Shown here: piece by piece, positions 58,261-64,000 of the stretch
Layout: each line of letters starts with the position of its first letter
How positions within the stretch are numbered: position 1 is the stretch's first letter
Assembly (NCBI GenBank): GCA_012401045.1
Contig: GCA_012401045.1_4704.2
Length of the DNA: 64,000 nt
Source: a phage
Strand: one strand, 5' to 3'
The notes under the pieces: model-generated
Told to the model about the DNA's origin: nothing
The model's database searches: none
Seen by the model: only the letters and a program-made list of their open reading frames with translations
Position numbers and translations under genes: made by a program

Positions 58261-58917
58261 TTAAATTGAATTTAGATATCGCTTACCACCAACAAACGAC
58301 GTCAACCAGTTCCCTGAAACAAGCTGCGAAGCCCAGCCAGGCACTGCCCTACCGTTCTGACTCATCACGTTACCTGCCCATCCCGGAAAACCTGGTACCA
58401 TTTCGTATATATTGAACGATTCTATCTGGAACGAACCAAGCTTAACGTAGTGCGTTGTTGATCGGTACTTAAATTCAATAATAACAAAGAACGGATGTGA
58501 TTGTAAGTCGGACATTCTAATAGGTGCCGAGAGATTACCCGCCGACCATGGTTTCCACGTATGCTTACGGCTATCACAGTCAATATTACCCATTGAACCG
58601 TTAGCTGACGCGTTCCAGAATAGCTTATAGTCATACGCGGCGACATCGCCACTCCATCCTTGGAGAGGTATATTTGGTACATATACCCCGTTATTCCATT
58701 GTCCGTGTTGAATTTCTTCAGCATCGCCATGCCCAGAGACATATTCTAAGTACGCGTTTGGGTGTCTAGCGACGACTTCTCGCGCAAAAGAACGCAAGTC
58801 AAAAAGATGGGCGACAATGCTGTTATTATAAGCCACTCTCCAGCCGGGATCACGCCACCCTAATTTGCCGTCAGCGTGCCTTCTAGACGTGAACCCTATA
58901 GTTCGCGCTATTGCCAT
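58261..58917 (-). CDS. hypothetical protein (~218 aa), paralog of 57517..58158
   Basis: Track ORF extends to 58968 inside a hairpin; internal ATG (codon 18) has GAGG RBS and aligns with the paralog N-terminus (MAI...). Confidence 0.6.
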   Translation of the reverse strand: MAIARTIGFTSRRHADGKLGWRDPGWRVAYNNSIVAHLFDLRSFAREVVARHPNAYLEYVSGHGDAEEIQHGQWNNGVYVPNIPLQGWSGDVAAYDYKLFWNASANGSMGNIDCDSRKHTWKPWSAGNLSAPIRMSDLQSHPFFVIIEFKYRSTTHYVKLGSFQIESFNIYEMVPGFPGWAGNVMSQNGRAVPGWASQLVSGNWLTSFVGGKRYLNSI

Positions 58918-58963
58918 TTTATACCTCGTTCCTATTCTCAAAAAGGAAATTTCATACGATGAC

Positions 58964-59006
58964 GCCATAGCAGCTCCTCCAACCCGTCAGGGAAGGAGGA
59001 GCATAC
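58964..59006 (-). terminator. hairpin (GCTCCTCC aacccgtcaggg AAGGAGGAGC) downstream of lipoprotein gene
   Basis: Loop sequence identical or near-identical to other family members. Confidence 0.55.
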
Positions 59007-59010
59007 TTAA

Positions 59011-59517
59011 TTACTTACTGATAACCTCAACGGAGTTGGGATCAGCGATCAATGCACGGTCGGTAGAACAATTGAAGAAGACCATCCCAACACCATCGCC
59101 GTTCGAGTTCAGGGTTGAACTTGCGTAAGACAATGTTGGTTTATTCATGCGGTAGAAGCGTTCGCTGGTTGCGGTATTGAACCCCAGGTCAACGTAGTCT
59201 TTCACCGTGGTATACAACTGGGTGGACTCGAAAACGGTTACCGGAGAGTCAACGGTAAATTGACTACCTTCGTCCACAACCAGAACTTTATCGTTCCAGA
59301 TTTCAGTGGTTGAGAACTTCGGTTTCCAATGTTCGAATTCCTGGGTTGCACCCCAGCAAGAATACACAGCGAGATTGCTGTTCTTCTCGACTGGTTTCAA
59401 ACCCACCAGTTGCGTCAGGTCTTTATCCAGGTTCGGTAAACCTTCCAGCGTAGCACACCCACCCAGAGAAAGCACCATCAACATACCAAGAACGATCGCA
59501 CAAAGTTTCTTCATCAT
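59011..59517 (-). CDS. predicted outer-membrane lipoprotein (168 aa)
   Basis: N-terminal MMKKLCAIVLGMLMVLSLGGC: signal peptide with lipobox-like LGGC, Ala at +2. AAGGA RBS. Sits between tail fibre gene and fibre-module paralogs. Confidence 0.6.
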   Translation of the reverse strand: MMKKLCAIVLGMLMVLSLGGCATLEGLPNLDKDLTQLVGLKPVEKNSNLAVYSCWGATQEFEHWKPKFSTTEIWNDKVLVVDEGSQFTVDSPVTVFESTQLYTTVKDYVDLGFNTATSERFYRMNKPTLSYASSTLNSNGDGVGMVFFNCSTDRALIADPNSVEVISK

Positions 59518-59565
59518 TAGATTTCCTTATGTGTTAACGGAAGTGACTTCCATAAGGATTGATGA

Positions 59566-62500
59566 TTACTTTTTGAGCGCTTTAAGTTCTTCTTCCATCG
59601 CTTCCACTTTTGCCGTAAGCTTCTGTACTTGTTTGATTAATGGAACCACCAAACGTTCGTACATAACACCTTCGGCGACGAGTCCGTTAGAAGAAACGAT
59701 AGCGGGGTCATCTTCTTCGGTTGCATCACGCCAATGCACGTATTGTGGTGCGATCTCACCAACCTCTTCGGCAATCAACCCATACCAACCCCAATCCTTG
59801 TTGTCGGCTTCGCAGGTAGAACGATACCAGACAGGACGCATCTCCAATACTTTATCCGCTTGTTCATCCGTGATATTCTCGATATCTTTCTTATAGCGCC
59901 GCGACGACGTTGAACGAAACACATTGTTGATCCCAGCAGTAGGACTGATATACATATTAGCCCCGCTGGTTGTAGTGCTAATGTCCCATACCGCAAATCC
60001 GCCGTTACTCCCATTTCTCACGACCAACGTATTGGCAATAATATCCAGGTTATTGTTGTAACCGGTTAACTGGTTTTCGGTGACAAAATCGGATAAGTTA
60101 ACGGAGTAGTTCTTGCTGTTATAACAACGACGCCATCCTGGGCTGTTGGTGCTGCCATTATAGTTGTCGTAGCTATAAATGAACTCGGAGTTGGTTTTCG
60201 CACCACTGACGGAAGACGTGGTTGCGGTGGTAACACGGATAGTGTAGTTCGTCATCCCGAAGCTAACGACCTCGATAACCGCACCAGCCAGAGGAATAAT
60301 ACCACATTTGGTTTCACTGTCTGGGATGTATGCGCTATCGGCAGCAGCGAAGGAGCAACGTGCGACCCAGGCACGGGTATTGAATGCACCTTGGTTCTGT
60401 AATAACGTAATAAACGATGAGGTCGTAATCGAGCTGTTATTATCACCTGTGATCAACCAGCCGGTTGGACATGCGGTAGCACCAACGTTTTTCGCTGTTA
60501 GCGTGATGTTCTTCGATCCGTCGAAGGCTACGCCGCTGATGGTACGTGCAGTCTGTAGCTTCGTCGCCGTTGCCGCGTTCCCTGATGTGTTCTGGTTCCC
60601 TGCCGCATTAACACCAGGCAGATTGATGTTCGCACTACCGTCGAAAGACACCCCGCCAATGGTGCGGGCTGTTTTCAGTTTTGTCGCCGTGGCGGCATTA
60701 CCGGTTGTGTCTTGGTTACCGGTGGTGTTTACCCCAGGTAGATTGATATTTGCCGTTCCGTTAAATGAAACGCCGCCAATCGTCCTTGCCGTTTGCAACT
60801 TCGTTGCAGATGCCGCATTCCCCGTGGTGTTTTGGTTGCCTGTTGTATTCACACCCGGGATACTATCCTTAGATGTGTAGATCTGTGCCCATTCCGACCA
60901 TTTCGCATCGGTTGAATCACGACGTGAACGTAGGTAAGCTGGAGCGTGTGCACCCGAGGTACCTGACCATCCAATGAGGATTTCACCTTCGCCGACCGAT
61001 GAAGCGCCTTTAAGATGAACAACGTTACCGTAGGCTGTAGGGTATCCGTTATTGTACGCTTCATACATCTGGATACCCGTATTGCTGCCCTGGGTCGCAT
61101 TAGCTAAAGCGGTGACCCGTCCCTTGGAAGCGAGCACGTTAATGCTAAAGCTAATATCGGTTGTACCGTCAAAGGCGACCCCATTAATCCTCCGCGCTGT
61201 TTGGAGTTTCGTGGCAGTAGCCGCATTACCAGAGGTACTCTGATTGCCTGCTTTGTTCACACCTGGTAAATCAATGTTGGCGGTTCCATCAAAGGACACG
61301 CCCCCTATGGTTCTCGCCGTCTGAAGTTTTGTTGCTGAACCAGCGTTTCCGGAAGTGCTTTGATTACCCGCCGCGTTGACACCTGGTAGGTTAATGCTAG
61401 CAGAACCATCAAAAGAAACTCCACCGATCGTAATAGCTGTTCGCAACTTCGTGGCTGTCGCAGCGTTACCCGTCGTATTCTGATTACCAGCTGCATTGAC
61501 GCCAGGTAATGCGATATCAGCTGTGCCATCGAACGCGACACCTCCGATTTTACGGGCGGTTTGTAGCTTGGTTGCTGTAGCAGCATTACCGCTGGTATTT
61601 TGCGTACCGGCTTTATTTACACCAGGAAGATCGATGTTAGCAGAACCATCGAAGCTGACGCCACCTATCGTTCTTGCAGTAGCAAGTTTAGCGGCTGTAG
61701 CAGCGACGTTACCGACTTTTAACCATTCTCCCCATGGACCATCCACACCGTTCCATGATGCCGTTAAACTGCGCACGTATATGTTTCCTGTACGTACTGT
61801 GTAACGTTGTGTTCCACCGAATTGACCGGCTGGGAGCACTTCGATGTAACCTACAGCATTTGCTTCAGGGAAATTGTGGGCAGCATCGGCATTCGTTGAT
61901 GTTTGTTTGGACCAAATACCCACAGACGCTTCAACCGGACCGTAGGTATCCAGATTTGCATCGGTGGGGAGCTGTCCTCGAAAACGTCGGAATAATGAAG
62001 CCGATAACCCCAACGTTGTTTGCATCCCTTCAATGCTTGACTGCGATAGAAGCGCCCGAGCTGTCGACGTGATGGCCGCTAAAGCAACCTTATCCGTACC
62101 GGTAAAAAACGGGAATTTGTTTGCTGATGTTGCTAAACCTGAAAGGGCGGTCAGTAATGCGTTAAGGGGTTGTTTCCCGGCTAGCGCGTTAGTCACAGTC
62201 GTTGCAAAGTTTGGATCATTACCTAACGCTTGAGCTAACTCGTTAAGCGTATTTAGCGCTTCTGGAGACGAGTCGATCAGCGACGCGATAGCACGCATCA
62301 CAAATTCCGTGTTGGCGATCTGTTGACTGCTATCGTTCTCTGCAGCCGTAGGTGCTGCTGGGATACCGGTGAACACAGGGTTATTAAGATCCGCCTTAAG
62401 GGCGATGAGACGTCTAAGTGCTTCAACATCGACTTTCAGGTTTTCCCATCCGACGAGATAACCATCACCGGTTGTGTGATAACGGTTGTACCAAAAATCG

Positions 62501-63363
62501 CCATTAACGCCAAAATAAAATATTCCCTTCTCTTCGTATTGTGGGCCAGAACTGTTCCGTGATGAGCTAATGTATTTTATTTCGATAAGGCCGTTGAATA
62601 CCACTCCTGGGATTATTTTGTTGTCTCCAGCTGACTGTGATACCTGGTAAATCCCCGGGGTTGCGGCTTTAACCCACGTTAAGAATTCTGTTACTCCAGC
62701 GGTACCGCTGAAATTCTTAACGTCGGTAAGTATTGCCCCATAACCGAACATACCGGGTAGAGCCACTCGTCCGCTGGTACGGTCACGAATATCTGTTGCA
62801 ACAACAGGTAATTGTTTACGAACGGCATTAACCGCTTTAGGTGTGGCCGATTTTGTCTCGTCGTCGCTATCGGTTTCATTACTTAGAATAGTTAAACCGC
62901 GTGTAGCAGTAGTTGCATCAGGAAGAAATGCGTTATCCAACACCTTAAGCTGTACTGCACTCGTATTACTAACAACGACATGCACTTGACAGTTAAGAAC
63001 GCTGGTTGCGCCTTCGGTAGGCGTAGGCTTATATCTTTCTGGTGCACTGCAGACGGCAATCAGAACACCTTGGTCATCGTACAGACCGATCTCACGTACC
63101 CAGAACCCACCTTGACCAGCAGGAATAATACCCTCAACGATAATCCTGGTTGTGCTATCACCATCCGCATGGATATTAGAAACTTCCCCACGATAAACTT
63201 CGTGAACAAGCGCTGTTTGGCTGGCGGTCGGGGTTGGGATCGAGCCGTTACCATCACCAACGGCAAAGTGTGTGATTTTTAGTTTCTCACCGTCGGGAAG
63301 TAACGCGGCGGTGATACGTTCTGCTCCTTTATCGGTAACTACCGTTATATATGCTGTACTCAT
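59566..63363 (-). CDS. tail fibre protein (1265 aa) with tandem ~40-aa fibre repeats and C-terminal S74-type intramolecular chaperone domain
   Basis: N-terminus resembles tail-fibre N-terminal domains (ITHFAVGDGNG...WVREIGLYD). At least eight repeats of NAATATKLQTARTIGGVSFDGSANINLPGVN. C-terminal SSRRYKKDIENI...WYGLIAEEV matches the S74 chaperone domain pattern. Confidence 0.8.
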   Translation of the reverse strand: MSTAYITVVTDKGAERITAALLPDGEKLKITHFAVGDGNGSIPTPTASQTALVHEVYRGEVSNIHADGDSTTRIIVEGIIPAGQGGFWVREIGLYDDQGVLIAVCSAPERYKPTPTEGATSVLNCQVHVVVSNTSAVQLKVLDNAFLPDATTATRGLTILSNETDSDDETKSATPKAVNAVRKQLPVVATDIRDRTSGRVALPGMFGYGAILTDVKNFSGTAGVTEFLTWVKAATPGIYQVSQSAGDNKIIPGVVFNGLIEIKYISSSRNSSGPQYEEKGIFYFGVNGDFWYNRYHTTGDGYLVGWENLKVDVEALRRLIALKADLNNPVFTGIPAAPTAAENDSSQQIANTEFVMRAIASLIDSSPEALNTLNELAQALGNDPNFATTVTNALAGKQPLNALLTALSGLATSANKFPFFTGTDKVALAAITSTARALLSQSSIEGMQTTLGLSASLFRRFRGQLPTDANLDTYGPVEASVGIWSKQTSTNADAAHNFPEANAVGYIEVLPAGQFGGTQRYTVRTGNIYVRSLTASWNGVDGPWGEWLKVGNVAATAAKLATARTIGGVSFDGSANIDLPGVNKAGTQNTSGNAATATKLQTARKIGGVAFDGTADIALPGVNAAGNQNTTGNAATATKLRTAITIGGVSFDGSASINLPGVNAAGNQSTSGNAGSATKLQTARTIGGVSFDGTANIDLPGVNKAGNQSTSGNAATATKLQTARRINGVAFDGTTDISFSINVLASKGRVTALANATQGSNTGIQMYEAYNNGYPTAYGNVVHLKGASSVGEGEILIGWSGTSGAHAPAYLRSRRDSTDAKWSEWAQIYTSKDSIPGVNTTGNQNTTGNAASATKLQTARTIGGVSFNGTANINLPGVNTTGNQDTTGNAATATKLKTARTIGGVSFDGSANINLPGVNAAGNQNTSGNAATATKLQTARTISGVAFDGSKNITLTAKNVGATACPTGWLITGDNNSSITTSSFITLLQNQGAFNTRAWVARCSFAAADSAYIPDSETKCGIIPLAGAVIEVVSFGMTNYTIRVTTATTSSVSGAKTNSEFIYSYDNYNGSTNSPGWRRCYNSKNYSVNLSDFVTENQLTGYNNNLDIIANTLVVRNGSNGGFAVWDISTTTSGANMYISPTAGINNVFRSTSSRRYKKDIENITDEQADKVLEMRPVWYRSTCEADNKDWGWYGLIAEEVGEIAPQYVHWRDATEEDDPAIVSSNGLVAEGVMYERLVVPLIKQVQKLTAKVEAMEEELKALKK
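60470..61700 (-). repeat. tandem ~120-bp repeats encoding the 40-aa tail-fibre repeats, in two blocks split by a non-repeat insert
   Basis: Antisense track ORFs 60308..60880, 61052..61243 and 61496..61804 show the mirrored periodic peptide pattern. Confidence 0.7.
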
Positions 63364-63369
63364 GGTGTT

Positions 63370-63897
63370 TTATCCTGGATAAATAGTGATGATATCACCA
63401 ATGACAGTTGTGGCACCGGCGTAAAGATGAGCCGGAGATACATCGTGTTGGTTTGTCACAGTAAGATCCAATCGACCACGCCAAACCATGGAGGTATTTG
63501 CGATGGGGATAGAAATCTTTTTGGATATATCGTCACGAAAATCAATAACAGTGGCAAGGGTAACCGCATCAAAGTCAACGTCGGGGTCAAAGACGAACCC
63601 GTATTGATCTGAAATCGCCCGAATAATCGCATGTATAGTTGTTGTCTCAACGGACTCTAAAACGATTTTTACCGGTATTCCTAAAAATGCCTTCGCGATA
63701 TCGCGTCGAGCGTAAACGATAAAACTTTCACCACACCACTTTGTTCCTTCATTTGCTGTGACGATCACTTTTGCCCTGTTAGCACCAGAACTCCCATCCA
63801 AGGTTAATGTAAGATCGGAGTTGCTGAACACGCTACTGTTACGTCTGTTTATCAACGACGTCAGTTCGTCTTTCCATGGCGGGTAAAGTGAACGCAT
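63370..63897 (-). CDS. fibre-anchor-domain protein (~175 aa), homolog of N-terminus of 54882..57494
   Basis: Track ORF starts at TTG (63918); ATG is codon 8 with GGAGGAGGG 11 nt upstream. RRDIAKAFLGIPVKIV block. Same frame as the downstream fibre gene, separated by TAA plus two codons. Confidence 0.6.
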   Translation of the reverse strand: MRSLYPPWKDELTSLINRRNSSVFSNSDLTLTLDGSSGANRAKVIVTANEGTKWCGESFIVYARRDIAKAFLGIPVKIVLESVETTTIHAIIRAISDQYGFVFDPDVDFDAVTLATVIDFRDDISKKISIPIANTSMVWRGRLDLTVTNQHDVSPAHLYAGATTVIGDIITIYPG

Positions 63898-64000
63898 AAG
63901 CGCACCCTCCTCCAACAATCAAATTAAATTGTAAAACGCCTCGAGACCAAAGTGTGATTCGAGGTAAACGTAAACAGTCTTAACGACCGCATAAAATTCC

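Noticed and set aside
1746-59006. Interpreting the recurring hairpins as a CRISPR array
   Set aside because: Copies are kilobases apart, sit at gene 3' ends, are internally palindromic but not identical, and have no cas genes nearby.
59306-59896. 196-aa plus-strand ORF overlapping the lipoprotein gene and the fibre 3' end
   Set aside because: Antisense to two well-supported minus-strand genes and spans the intergenic hairpin; no start signal.
63367-63372. Stop-codon readthrough fusing the anchor ORF to the tail fibre as the primary product
   Set aside because: TAA is the least leaky stop, and the fibre has its own ATG and plausible RBS. Kept only as a minor possibility in the findings.
1-64000. 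tRNA, rRNA, integrase or transposase genes
   Set aside because: No cloverleaf-like T-loop or anticodon-stem patterns seen in the intergenic spacers, and no recombinase or transposase motifs in any ORF. A tRNAscan or HMM search was not run, so short tRNAs cannot be fully excluded.

Overview
The window reads as a densely packed bacteriophage genome segment with no cellular housekeeping genes, rRNA, tRNA or CRISPR arrays detected by eye. I call about 57 protein-coding genes in alternating polarity blocks, mostly on the minus strand, separated by a recurring family of GC-rich palindromic hairpins. Content is most consistent with a large phiKZ-like (jumbo) myophage of an enterobacterial host, though no homology search could be run. 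Supporting evidence: a 740-aa putative major capsid protein with host-optimal codon usage; a family of paralogous acidic head-type proteins sharing an N-terminal V-x-E-G-F motif; two receptor-binding proteins, one with tail-fibre repeats and a C-terminal S74-type chaperone domain; a multisubunit RNA polymerase beta-prime fragment (bridge helix plus DDCGTHE); and a family-B DNA polymerase fragment that stops after motif A. Candidate accessory functions include a macro-domain protein, an outer-membrane lipoprotein beside the tail fibre gene, a membrane HExxH metalloprotease and an array of small paralogous genes. No single clearly novel system could be demonstrated from sequence alone; the findings are ranked hypotheses. 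Non-ORF coordinates are approximate (+/- 2 nt); most products are hypothetical.
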